Positions 28,671 through 42,135 of a stretch of 64,000 nucleotides of DNA are shown in pieces. Both the position numbers and the translations under genes were made by a program. The stretch is from Octopus vulgaris (taxonomy: Eukaryota), in contig OX597824.1 of NCBI GenBank assembly GCA_951406725.2, positions 50,654,001-50,718,000 of the forward strand, read 5' to 3'. The notes under the pieces were generated by a model, which was not told where the DNA came from, searched no databases, and worked only from the letters and a program-made list of their open reading frames with translations. How positions within the stretch are numbered: position 1 is the stretch's first letter; the number at the start of each line of letters is the position of its first letter.

Positions 28671-30029
28671 ATACATGTGTATATACAAATACATATATTT
28701 GTGTGTGTGCGTGCGCTCGTGCGTGTGTATGTATGCATGTTTCTATGGATATGTATTTAGAATGTTGATATTCTCATACACTAAAAGGCGGTGGAGTTAC
28801 GACTTGAATGGGGATGCAGTAAAAGACGCTTGTAGAGCTTGGTTATGTAATTGGTTCTATAATAATGACTGTCCAAATATTCCTTGAGAAAAATTTTAAA
28901 TTCTATGGAGTGGTGATTGAATAATAAACATATTCACACCTACACATATATATGTGAATATTTGTATATACTTTCGTATATATGTGTATTTTGTGTGTGT
29001 ATATGTATGTATATATATGTATATATGTATATATGTATATGTATATATATAGTAAACAGATATATGCATGTATGTGTGTATATATATATATATGTATATA
29101 TGTATTCATATATCGATATGTATATATACATAACTATGTATGTATATGTGTAATATATTATAGATAAATTATAGATATATATACGTATATGTATGTAGGT
29201 ATATAAATACGTTGATAGGAGAAATAGATATGTATGTTTTCAGTATATGTATACGACTACATTTTTGTTTGTGTATATCATTGTACACATAGCGTTGCAT
29301 TCAAGCTCGAATAAGCTATTTAACTCCCGCAGGGGTCGTAACTCACCCATTGTAATACAAAACGATAAAATTTGTTGCCGTCTAAGTATTGAAGTCGATA
29401 TAATTGAACTAAAATACACGAATTCGGTGCTCCAGCTTGGTGGTAGTTCCATTATTGAAAAGAGTATTTGCAGTTGTTAGTGTTGCTGCTGTGTCGTTTG
29501 GTCCCAGCTCAACTTTCATTAACCGGACTTGTGATCATAAGCCTTAGATCCTTGCCCATACCAGCTTTTCCTCTAACTATGACTACGTTTTCATTGTATC
29601 CTTATGTTTTTAAGTCAGTAGAAATCTGACAAGAGAGAATTTTGGTTTCTATTTCTAGAGAATGTAGTCGTTTTAACACGACCACTTGTTTATTGTTTGA
29701 GTTGAGCGGAATTCACTCAGTTGTAAGCATCGGGGAATTCTGTTTCCAGCTTTCTTCACACTTGTCTCAAGGCCCTGGATCAAGGTCTTTGAGCCTGGCC
29801 ATAAACCTATTAATATATAATATAAATGAAACGGTGATTCGTTCAATAGTTTGTATTCTTAAACAGTAACATGTACGGAGAAACAATGGAGTGTTAAATA
29901 GAATACTGCTTTCTATGAAATAGGTGTGACTCGTCCCACTCCAGTTTCAAATATGACCCAATGCACGTGACCCAATGTATATGACACTGCGGTCTTTATA
30001 TCGCCGATATGAGACATTTTTTTATATTA

Positions 30030-30226
30030 CTGTTACATGTTTCAGGCATGAGACTGCAGCCATGCTGGAGTACACGGCATTGACGAGTTTAGCTAAACAG
30101 GTCGACCCTAGTACTTATTTTCAAAGTCTGATATTTATCCCACTTATCAGTCACTTTTGCTGAACCACCGATTTACAGGAACGTAAACAAACCAACACGG
30201 GTTGTCAAGCGGTGGGTAGACAAATA
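30030..30226 (-). mobile_element. SINE group A, 3' half (diverged)
   Basis: GACTGCAGCCATGCTGGAG...GGTTGTCAAGCGGTGGG. Confidence 0.7.
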
Positions 30227-30330
30227 CATACACACATATACATGCATACTTTCACACATATATGTATATATATATATATACACACGCGCGCGCACATATA
30301 TACATGCATACATAAATAAATACATACATA

Positions 30331-30362
<32 letters not shown>

Positions 30363-30365
30363 AAT

Positions 30366-30474
30366 ACAGTGTGCATTTAAACACATAAGAGATGACCATA
30401 ATAGGGCATCTGATTCACTAGAAAGAGCAGTTAGTCAGATGTCCTATTATGGTCATCTCTTATGTGTTTAAATG
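30366..30474. repeat. Short fold-back element (40-bp arms, 21-nt spacer) in TA-rich context
   Basis: 30374-30413 and 30435-30474 are reverse complements with one mismatch. Confidence 0.85.
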
Positions 30475-30671
30475 AATAATATATAGTCTATTGACTATTC
30501 TTTCCTTCTCGCTAGACCACTGGTAGCGGAGAATTTTTCTAGAATTTTTCTAAGAATTTTTTTTGCTACCCTAAGATTTATTTTATATATATATATATCA
30601 TGTGCTAATATTGTTAGGTGTTCAACCAGTATGATCTTGGATAATTTCATCCGTCCGAGGTTTTTGTCTTT

Positions 30672-30722
<51 letters not shown>

Positions 30723-30959
30723 CGTTCTTTCAGTGTTCTGCTTGGTTAGAACCAGAAATGACTCTGACGAAAGTTGCATGAATTCTCTATCTCTAGGTCG
30801 TTCAATTATTCTCAACCAATCAATTGGCCGATTTTGTAAACCTATCAATAACTAACCTATTATGACTATTGGTAACTGCTGTAAGACAAATTTACTGCAA
30901 AAAGCAATATGCAATGACCATTATTTATACCTTATCTTCTATATACATATACATATACA

Positions 30960-31079
<120 letters not shown>

Positions 31080-31171
31080 CATACATATATTATTACATAC
31101 ATACATACATACATACATACGTACATACATACATATGTATATATTCATGTACATACACGTGTGTATGCACA

Positions 31172-31338
31172 GACGAGTTTCCACACATTTTCCGCGTTCC
31201 CTCCAACAAAATTCACTGACAAGGCAGTGGCTGGCCCGGTGTTATAATGTATGATTCTTGGCTCAAGCTACTGCTCACGGAACTGAACCTGAAACCATGT
31301 GGTTTGCAAAACGAGTTTCTTAACCTCTTGCTTGCGCC
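31172..31338 (-). mobile_element. SINE group A, 5' half (diverged)
   Basis: AATTCACTGACAAGGC...GAACTGAACCTGAAACCATGTGGTT. Confidence 0.6.
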
Positions 31339-31689
31339 AATAGAAATTGAAATATATCTCCAAAACATAACTGTTTGTTCTCCTCCTTATCTTTCTCCAA
31401 AAAATCCACGAGCAAGAGAGAAAAAGAAAAGGAGAGCGGAGAAACTGCCATGTTAAATAGAAATTAAGACTGTTTCAACCCTTTAAATGTGTCCAATACT
31501 TGAGTAAAAACAAAAATAAGAACAGAGAAGAATTATATAGATGCATATATCTAGATGCAAACTCTGCTTTTCTTATTAATAAAAAGTGAGCAGGGTGAAA
31601 ATGACCCAAATGTTTTTGCGTGTGGAGATTAGGCTAATTCGCAGTAGATTCCAGTTTTAGAAAAAGTGCCACAGTCCATTTGTAAGTGT

Positions 31690-32018
31690 CTTTTATGTTT
31701 TACTTGAAGAATTTTTAGCCGAATTAATTGACCTCAATGCTCTTTTTTATTAAGCCTGCTACTTATTTTATCGGTCTCTTTTGCCAAACGCACCTACACC
31801 GGTTATCAAGCGGTGGTGGGATGGCACTAACAAAAAGACACACACATACATATACGACGGGCTTCTTTCAGTTTCCGTCTACCAAATCCATTCACAAGGC
31901 TTTAGCTATCCCGAGCCTATAGTACAAAACACTTGCCTAAGTTGCCACGCAGTGGAACTGGGAATGATGCCGTGTGGCTGGGAAGTAGACTTCTTATCAC
32001 ACAGCTACACCTGCGCCT
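31690..32018 (-). mobile_element. SINE group A (diverged)
   Basis: TACGACGGGCTTCTTTCAGTTTCCGTCTACCAAATCC...CACAGCTACACCTGCGCC. Confidence 0.8.
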
Positions 32019-32249
32019 ATATATACTTATACACTTTGCAACAGTTTCAGCACTTTGGTTTCAACCCATACATTCACATGCGCGCGCGCAAGGATACTGA
32101 TATATAAACGTTAATAAATACGTAAAATAAGATCTATATTAAGTGGATGCAAATAGATTCAGACATATGCAAGTGTCTGTGTCTGTATACACAGCAGACA
32201 TACATATATATATGCCTTCGTCTTTTGTTTATTTTCATAAAGCTTCCCG

Positions 32250-32427
<178 letters not shown>

Positions 32428-32670
32428 TATAGATAGATAGATAGATAGATATATATAATGTAAGTATACGTATCTAGTGTATGTAGATTTATATGTGTGT
32501 GTGTGTGCATGTGTATGTGTGTGCGCGCGTGAGTGTGTATGTAAGTTGAAACTGAGGTTATTCTGTAGCAAAGTATTGATTAGTCTGTACAGATTTGTAA
32601 ACCTTACCAATGAGTTCTGTTAAACAAAAGAAATCATTATTATTATCATTATTATTGTTGTTGTTGTTAC

Positions 32671-32826
32671 AAAGGTGGTGTGGCGTGCTGGCATTTCTTC
32701 TGGTTTTACATAGAGAGTTCAAATTCCGACGTTGCTCTTTATCTTTTCGGGTTCGATATAATCAAGTACTAACCACCTAACCCTTGGATAATTGGTGACA
32801 TTGTGCCAGCATTTGACAAAAATATT
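32671..32826 (+). mobile_element. SINE group B (decayed)
   Basis: GAGTTCAAATTCCG...TTTCGGGTTCGATA...TTGTGCCAGCATTTGA. Confidence 0.55.
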
Positions 32827-32841
32827 ATATTTATGAAGATA

Positions 32842-32913
<72 letters not shown>

Positions 32914-33068
32914 CACGCATACAAACAAACATATATACACGCTAGCATACACATACGTTATGTACATTTATATTCATATCTATACACACACACACATATA
33001 TAACAGTATAAAAAATTAATATTTGTAATATATATATATATATATATATACACTATAAGTATATCAAA

Positions 33069-33128
<60 letters not shown>

Positions 33129-33129
33129 A

Positions 33130-33373
33130 TTCTTTTACCTGTTTCACCTATTTGACTGCGGTCATGCTGGAGCACTGACATTTTAGTCGAACAAATCGAT
33201 CCCAGGACTTATTCTTTCTAACCCAAGTACTTATTCTATCGGTCTCTTTTGCGAGAGCGCTAATTTACAAGCAAGTAAACACAGCAACATCGGTTGTCAA
33301 GTGATGGTAGTGAGGGGAATACAGATTCACAAATACATACATATATACATACATACATACATACACGCACACG

Positions 33374-33453
<80 letters not shown>

Positions 33454-33604
33454 CGTATATATATATACATATATACGACGGGCTTGTTTCAGTTTTCGTC
33501 TACAAGGCTTTGGTCAACCCGAGGCTATAGTAGAAGACACTTGCCCAAGGGACTGAACGCAGAACCATGTGGTTGGGAAGCAAGCTTCCTATCACACAGC
33601 CACT
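33130..33604 (-). mobile_element. SINE group A
   Basis: Colinear with 6152-6572, with an expanded internal (CA)n. Confidence 0.85.
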
Positions 33605-33893
33605 GATTTGTATGTATGTATGTATATATGTATATGTGTGTGTGTGTGTGTATGTGTGTGTGTGTGTCAGTGTTTGTGCGTTTGTATGTGTGGAAGTGTG
33701 TTTGTATGTTTATTCACTTACATAAGATTATATATGAACTACTGTTCGAGCCTGTAATAAAGTGCTTTTGGGTATTCATTCCTGATGTCTCCGCTCCCAG
33801 TTATTCGACTCTCATTCAATGTTTTCGGAGAGAAAATAAAGTTAACACTCTTCACTGTCAATGCTTCTTCATTTGTCCCCATTTCCGATTGTA

Positions 33894-33932
<39 letters not shown>

Positions 33933-34061
33933 CACGCACGCACACGCGCACACACAGAGTTACAACGCATACACCCCACACATTCATATACACACAAATA
34001 TACACATACACAGACAGTAAAAGCACATGTAAGTTTATAGGTGGGAATACATATATATATG

Positions 34062-34123
<62 letters not shown>

Positions 34124-34690
34124 GGTACATATTGCTGTCTGCATGTATATGCATCTATATGTATACATATATGTGTGTGTGTGTTTGTGTGTGTGCGTGT
34201 AATGCACGTATGCATGTACACGTAATTCACGTATATACATATACACTTCTCTCTCTCTTTATATACACATATATATACATACACACACACACATATATAT
34301 ATATATACATACTCACACACTTTCAACCATTACACACATACATATACATATACACACTCATACAATGAACGCCACATGTATCTGCACACGTACCCATAAT
34401 ATGCATAATTGTGAATTTCGCTGTGACATCTATTATTTATCATGAATACAAAAGACATAGTTAAGTGTAGTTGCACTAAGAGATAGAAGCTGATATTTTG
34501 TTAGCAATGGTAATACATAACAATACAGTAATCACAGCACATTAATATAATATAAATTGGTCCGCGTCTCTGTAATTAGTTTTATATTGTTACATTATCT
34601 ACAGGGAAAGGTCAGTTGGTTTTGTTTAAACGTGTTAGATGATTATAACGAAATGGGCCCATAACTGCTGATATCCTATGCTATGAAACA

Positions 34691-34753
<63 letters not shown>

Positions 34754-35151
34754 TACTAAATGTATATATCTATATGTATATACGTGATTATGTGTTACAC
34801 ATATACCTTTATAAATGCATGCGTCCTCACAAACACACGCATACATACGCACACACTCACTCGCATACACCGACACATGTTTATATAATCTTGTCTAGAG
34901 GATGTGGGTTCGAGTCCAAAAGCAGCCATCGACGTTTTCTATCCTAGAGTTTTTTAAGCCAATATTTACACGCCGTTATTTATAATTTGACCTGCTTCGA
35001 GTCTCACCGTTCCAGAAACAATTATTTCCCGTTCTCTAGAGTTGTATGAATTATTCTGACAGTAACAATATGTATGTGCGTGTTTGTGAGTGTGTGTGTG
35101 TGTGTGTGTGTGAATGTGTGCATGCATGTGTATGTACGTATTTGCGTATAC

Positions 35152-35314
35152 AGGCTCAGGAGTGAATGTGTGGTAAGTAGCTTGCTTACCAACCACATGG
35201 TTCCGGGTTCAATTCCACTGCGTGGCACCTTGGGCAAGTGTCTTCTACTATAGCCTCGAGCCGACCAAAGTCTTGTGAGTGGATTTGGTAGACGAAACTG
35301 AAAGAAGCTTGTCG
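35152..35314 (+). mobile_element. SINE group A, 5' half
   Basis: GTGGTAAGTAGCTTGCTTACCAACCACATGGTTCCGGGTTCAATTCCACTGCGTGGCACC. Confidence 0.85.
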
Positions 35315-35316
35315 TT

Positions 35317-35350
<34 letters not shown>

Positions 35351-35364
35351 AGTGTGTGCGTGTG

Positions 35365-35399
<35 letters not shown>

Positions 35400-35798
35400 G
35401 CGTGCGTGTGTGTGCATGTAGGTGTATATATATTTGTTAGTTTGGCATCCGACATGTGATAATGTACGCATGCCACCCAGAGTAATACCGAGAAATATAG
35501 CATACATGCAATAATTATAATACTTTAATAAAGATGTTTAACTGAAAATGTAATTTAATAAAACAAATTCCTCATTTATATATTCGCAATAAATATATTA
35601 ATATTTTAAAAAATTTTACCAACTTAATCTAATCCGTCGAGAAGCTTACCCTTGAAAAATTTCATTAAAATACGTTATTTTTCAGAAACTTGTAACACTT
35701 ATTCTGCAGGTCATATGTAAACTTTGTATCTCATTCTTACCTTCACCCCAACCAACCGATATTTATTTATATCACTCATAAGGTACGCACGCCCGCAT

Positions 35799-35834
<36 letters not shown>

Positions 35835-35983
35835 TTACACACGATCACACACAGTGACAGAATCGTTAACAATAATAATCATTTCATTGAAAATGTAATT
35901 CTTCATGTACAAATACGTGTATGCTATTGATGCATATACATAAATACATTATATATATATATATATACATATATATGTATGTG

Positions 35984-36014
<31 letters not shown>

Positions 36015-36037
36015 TTGTGCGTGTGTGTGTATATGTT

Positions 36038-36083
<46 letters not shown>

Positions 36084-36088
<5 letters not shown>

Positions 36089-36397
36089 CCCCTTCGGTCA
36101 TGACTGACAATAGGATTGCACCTAGAAAGTTACCCTCCCAGACACAAGTCCGGGCAAGGTTGTTTATGGAAGACCAGCATTCGCCCATGCAAACCACTCT
36201 CCACGCCACCAGTGTTATCCAAGGGATAGGCAAAGGCCGATACAGCTTGGCACCAGTGATGTCGCAACACATTCCTACAGCTGAATGAATAGGAGTGAAA
36301 TAAAGTGTCTTGCTCAAGAATACAACACGCAGCTCTCGATTCGAACTCACAACCTCACGATCGTAAGCTCGACGCTCTAACCACTGAGCCATGCGCC

Positions 36398-36399
<2 letters not shown>
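36084..36399 (-). mobile_element. tRNA-derived SINE (group C-type head, distinct 3' tail)
   Basis: Minus-strand GGCGCATGGCTCAGTGGTTAGAGCG...GTGAGTTCGAATC (A and B boxes), then GTATTCTTGAGCAAGACACTTTATTTCAC as in 14890-15138. Confidence 0.8.
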
Positions 36400-36448
<49 letters not shown>

Positions 36449-36557
36449 GTATATATATATATGTATTACATGTATATATATCAACATATATATATATAAA
36501 CATACATGTAAAAATTTGTGCGTATATACACGTATATATATACACACGTACATACAT

Positions 36558-36607
<50 letters not shown>

Positions 36608-36734
36608 ATGTGATATCTGTTCAGTGTATTCGTAGCTGTATTAGGTAATATCTCTAAGTGTGATTTCCCTCCATTTGATACAATATCATATCTAGCATGC
36701 AAGTTCATGTTACATTTTCCCGTCTGTAACTAAA

Positions 36735-36757
36735 CCTAACCCTAACCCTAACTCTAA
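36735..36757 (-). repeat. Short interstitial TTAGGG-like array
   Basis: CCTAAC CCTAAC CCTAAC TCTAA on +. Confidence 0.6.
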
Positions 36758-38845
36758 TTCCTGCAATTATAAACTATTTACCACACCCAAGCAAACTCTA
36801 TACAGGTGAGTTGTTAAATCGTTTTCTTCCACAACCTTCTAGGAAAACTGTTTTGCATCAACACCTTTGGGTTCCCTGCTCACTTGTTGTTTTTGTTATA
36901 ATCTAATTATAAAACTTCCGTCATTTAACTTGAATATTTTGATATTCTGTACTGTTGTAAGTCTTCGAGATTTTAGTTACCAACAAGGAGAGTACCTTTG
37001 CATCTGACTAAATACCTTTTCCTTTCTCTCTGTCTTTTAAACTTAATTTATATTGCTTTTAAACTTAATGCATTTGAGCATTATATTTCAATTTAATCAT
37101 CTGTTGCCGTGGAATAGATATGTGCCATCTAGTGACCAGTATAAAGATATTGCGTCAAGTTAAAAAAATATTACTGCTTAACGTCGCTCTCACGTTACAG
37201 AAAATTCTTTTCCTGGATTCACTCCCTGTTCCTAATATCTTCTACGAGTAGGATTTATGTCAAAGTACTAACTATTACATAGGGGTTTGGTTGCTGTTTC
37301 ATCTCAGAGTCAGTTGTAATCCATCAAAACTAACCCAATAATCAAAGGCGTCCCCATGATCTTCTTGCAGACCTAAGATCAAAGGTCTTCCATTTATGAG
37401 CATTCCATTTATGAGCATTCCGTTTGTGAGCAACTCGTCTTTTATTCAGCACAATCAACACCGGCTAGATCTAATAGCAAGAATAACATGTACTACGGGT
37501 CCGCAGTTCAGGGAACTCGTGCTGCTGTACATCATTGTACTCTGTTGACTTCACCTGTCGCAAACATTTGCATAATTAGGGTTGCACCAAGTCTTTAACT
37601 ACTCCCAAAGGTCTGATACAATTTAAATTAAATTAAATGGCAATGTGATAAATGGGCTGGTATCCTTTTGGAGAATACTAATTGTCATTCAGTGCATTAA
37701 ACTCGTCAAAAATTAATTGAGCTTTACTATTTTCCTCATCGATAAAATTGGTTGAACGAATCGAATTATTACTAATATATTATAACTAATATATTACTAA
37801 TACATTATTACTAATTTAATACTCATATATTATTATTATTAAATATATAATGGACATGAATCCTAACCATTCCGTTAAATTAAATTTGGATTTCTAAACA
37901 AATGTAAAGCATTTTACTGTATACAGTTTCTACTTTAATCTTCTGTTTGTTAAGCAAATCTATATCACAAATAACAAGTTTAAGATTAATGTACTTACAT
38001 TTTAATTGTTAAACCTAAAAACAAATTCGCCTATTTAGGGTATGTATAATACGAGAACAATTTAGCTGCTGAAATAAAGCTGTAAAATATTAGTGATTCA
38101 TGTTATGTTGTAAGCATTTATGTTTTATTTTTAGGATTGGTATAAAATGAACTCAGGAGGGTCTACCGTCCAAATTTGCCTCAGTTTATCACGTCTCGAT
38201 CGCCATATTCCAAGATTAATTTTCTGTCTCAAAGATATCAGCTAGCAGATGAGTATCATGTTTTATGAATAGTGGAAGCCATATTCTCATTTGGATTCCT
38301 CCCTCGGTCGCAATCACCTGCTACTTAATCTATATACATTGTTTCTTCAAATATACAATTGAATTCTTTAAAAGAAATAATTGTAATTTGACGATTTGGT
38401 CGCGCATCTGGGACAAAAATGACGACCGACTTCTGTTCCCTTTTCTTATGCTGATACATACATACATCCATACATACATATATACATGAAGACATACATG
38501 AAGACATACATACATATATACATACAACATGAAGGCATACATGCAGACATACACACGTACATACATACATATATACATACATATGTACATACATAAATAT
38601 ACCTAAATTCAAAATCCTTGGGCATGCACCCCACCACACACATGTATGTATGTAGTTATTTAGCAGTTTAATTGTATTTATCATTTAAATAAAGGACTTC
38701 TCGATTACCCTTAAGTAATTGGATTTGTATGTAAAAACGTGCGTGCATGTGTGTGTGAGTGTATGTAGTTGTATACATGTATATGCGTGTACGTATATAC
38801 GTGTGTGTGTGTATCAATATATATTTTAATAAAAGATAGTGTGTA

Positions 38846-38941
<96 letters not shown>

Positions 38942-38944
<3 letters not shown>

Positions 38945-39416
38945 AAAATGGTAAATAATTTTCCTGTGGTTTTTCATGTAACCAACAATTATTTACCGGT
39001 AAATTTCGGTATGTAAATACGACAAAATAATTGTCAAGACCTTTGTAAGGTTCAGTATATAGTAAAGAAAAATAAGTTGGCTAGCAGCAAGCTGTTTCGC
39101 CTCATACCGAAGGAATTAGAAATGGCAGTCAAAGACCGTTTTTTGGCTTTTGATAAAGCTATCGAATATAGCGCTGATGACGGAATTCAAACTCCTCTTT
39201 TTTTATATGTTTGTGATCCAGAAACACCGTGTTCGCTATTAACGGTAAGTGACTGAATTCGTATATTTGCCACTCCGGTTTTGTGTATGTGAGCCGCAAG
39301 GGCCTTCGTTTTTGGAATCTCCACTTATAGAAATGGAAAAAACGGTCTTTGACTGCCATTTCTAATTCCTTCGGTATGAGGCGAAACAGCTTGCTGCTAG
39401 CCAACTTATTTTACTT

Positions 39417-39425
<9 letters not shown>
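38942..39425 (+). mobile_element. Fold-back PLE-like element in (TA)n carrying a hammerhead ribozyme
   Basis: Inverted arms 39056-39144 and 39337-39425 (one mismatch). The spacer contains a hammerhead core and a GTAAGT donor-like site at 39245. Both flanks are (TA)n. Confidence 0.75.
39168..39239 (+). ncRNA. Type I hammerhead ribozyme
   Basis: Stem I ATAGCG (39168-73)/CGCTAT (39234-39); CTGATGA (39174-80); stem II GGA..CAAAC/GTTTG..TCC; GAAA (39221-24); stem III ACAC-C-GTGT; cleavage triplet GUU (39231-33). Confidence 0.8.
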
Positions 39426-39474
<49 letters not shown>

Positions 39475-40050
39475 AACAGCCGAAATTTGCTATGATGATT
39501 CGGTGTCTGACTGAAGATTGAAGGCTTCGAATGATTTGTCTGTGTTCCGTGTTTGTCCCTTCCTGTATTTCACGTTCTTTATATATAAAACATTTATTCT
39601 TATATATATATAGCTTGATCTATACATATACAGACACACACGCACACACATATGTGTTTATATATATATATATACAGACATACTCACGCATAGACCTACG
39701 CGCTTCCTTCCTGGAGGCTCGACCCGTCGTGATCGTAAAATTTCACTGTCATGAATGAACTGAGCAATAGCGGTCTTCTTTACAACTGAGCCAGTATGCA
39801 CCCTGTCCCTAGATGGTGACCACTTTTTAAAACCTCAACATGCATTCTTATTTTTTTCTCTCCATGTTTCTAATCGCCTAATATCATTTTTGTGTACTTT
39901 ATCATTATAATCGTCTTCAGCTTCATCAATATAGCTGTCATCATTCTAAGTTCTGCCGTTTTCAAAGTTTCCTTGTATTTTTCTGTAACTCCTCGAGACC
40001 ATGTAGCTAATGCAAAATTGACTATTAATACTGTTCCCGAGATGATGATG

Positions 40051-40127
<77 letters not shown>

Positions 40128-40145
40128 CATTAATAATTATCATTT

Positions 40146-40340
40146 TGCACGCCGGGCAAAATGCTTCGCAGCATTTTGTCCGTCTTTACGTTCTGAGTTC
40201 AAATTCCGCCGAGGTCGACTTTACTTATCATCCTTTCGGTGTCGATAAAGTAAGTATCAGTCGAGCACTGCTGTCGATGTAATCGACTTACCCCTTACCT
40301 GAAAATGTTGGCCTTGTGCCAAAATTTGAAACCATTATTA
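40146..40340 (+). mobile_element. SINE group B
   Basis: GCACGCCGGGCAAAATGC...GAGTTCAAATTCCGCCGAGGTCGACTTT...GGCCTTGTGCCAAAATTTGAAACC followed by (ATT)n. Confidence 0.85.
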
Positions 40341-41689
40341 TCATTATTATTATTAATGTTGTTGATGTTGTTTTTGTTCAGTGTTTCATATACAGCCTGG
40401 ATAGATGAAACACGTACAACAATGTGTGTGTTCTCATGAATCCATGAGAAAATTGAATTTTTCAGGTTGCACTTAATGAACAAGTTTTGTTTATCAAGAT
40501 GGAACTTTTGTATGTTCACCCGCCATCATCTTAACGGGACATTATTAGCAACTGGTTGGCATAGAGTTAACATGAAATAAAGTCTCGATGATTTCTGAAG
40601 ATCACAAACCTAGTCTGGAAACATGTGGTCTTGTGGTAGCATAAAAGCAAAACAAAATCCCCTAAAGAAACAAAAAGAAGAAGCAAAAAGCGAAACAGAA
40701 AAAAGATCGTAGTAGAAACCTCAGTGATTCCATGTGTGACAGTCAAGGTCAGTTGAGGGCTCTGTACTCATAAAAACTGTTAAAACAAAGCAAAATCAAA
40801 GAGGAAGACATCATCAACATCAGTAACCACAGCAGCAAGCTGAAGAAACTATTTTTATAGTATCACCGGCCAGAGCTTCGAGGATCCGGAAAAGTCGCCT
40901 TGACCTCCGTGCAGAAGCTGACGACCAGGAGAACGAGGTATTCTATCTCAGTCGTACATCCATATCATCGAAAGACGATGGAGGGCAGATGGGGACTGGA
41001 GAAGAGCGGCAAGTTTTCGCGGAAGGAATAGGAAAAGATACACACACTCGCACGCACACACGTGTTCACACATGCACGCATGCACATACACGCGCACACA
41101 TGCACGCATGCACACACACACACAAACACACACACATGCACATACTTATGTACGCACGTAGACACTGAGGAAAACGGCAAAGAGAAACGAGCTGAAACTG
41201 ATGGTGTGCAAAAGGCACGATGAGCTCTCCCCACCTCCATTCAAATGAGTCTCGGTTGTTTGCTGCAGTAACGTGATGCTGATAGATCTAATGAATAACT
41301 TAAAAGAAAAGCAAAACAAAACATAGAACAACGTGCTGATTGAGGCGAAGGAAATAAACACAGATTCAAATGCCACACACATGATAAATTACTGGTTGAA
41401 TATGACCCTGAGGGTCCATCGTAACTTGAAACTAGTATGCCCAAGGAGCAAGCAATGTGGTTCTTTTGCTAACCCCCCGGAGATAACCAACTTAGGTGGC
41501 GGCTTCTCAGCTGTTTTATTTATATCTATATTCGTATTTATAAATAGATATATAATTTGTGTGCATTTTATCTACTAGGTAAATACATCGTATTAATAAT
41601 ATATTGTATAATAATCGTGTGTAGATACCCACACGACGAATGCTGGGGGCAAGTAAAGTAAGTAGATGATGATGATGATGGGGTGGTGA

Positions 41690-41750
<61 letters not shown>

Positions 41751-41938
41751 GGCTCAAAATAGATTAAAACAAATGTAAAGACAGAACTCCTACAAATATC
41801 CTCATTGCTTGGAACTGCAAGAGTTCACTGCAGGATTCTTGAAGCATGATCAGTAAACAGGTGTCACCTTAGTCTCCTGGCTGTGGACAGCTGACACTTG
41901 CCATTTTACCCAACAAAATAAGCTGAGAGATTTCATCA

Positions 41939-41983
<45 letters not shown>

Positions 41984-41988
41984 TAATA

Positions 41989-42023
<35 letters not shown>

Positions 42024-42039
42024 TAATAATAATAATAAA
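41751..42039 (+). mobile_element. 3' end of an R4/Dong-like (REL endonuclease) LINE with (TAA)n tail
   Basis: Translates TELLQISSLLGTARVHCRILEA* (stop 41847-49), matching the C-terminal QK..LLGTARILR.VL motif. A short 3' UTR is followed by (TAA)n. Confidence 0.75.
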
Positions 42040-42054
42040 TTGTTGTTGTTGTTG

Positions 42055-42127
<73 letters not shown>

Positions 42128-42135
42128 CATTATTA

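Noticed and set aside
29340-29445. Minus-strand exon candidate ending GG|GTGAGT (QLYRLQYLDGNKFYRFVLQW)
   Set aside because: The acceptor region is a decayed group A SINE tail (GCTGGAGCACCG...TTTTAGTTC...ATCGAC).
39870-40050. Hydrophobic ORF fragment (MYFIIIIVFSFINIAVIIL...)
   Set aside because: No recognisable domain or splice frame; it runs into (ATT)n and a SINE.
41480-41495. Partial matches to known miRNAs (TTGGTTATCT on minus, miR-9-like; AACTGATAAAGGG at 61617, miR-184-like)
   Set aside because: The matches are short, lack the seed or a precursor hairpin, and the second lies in a repeat.
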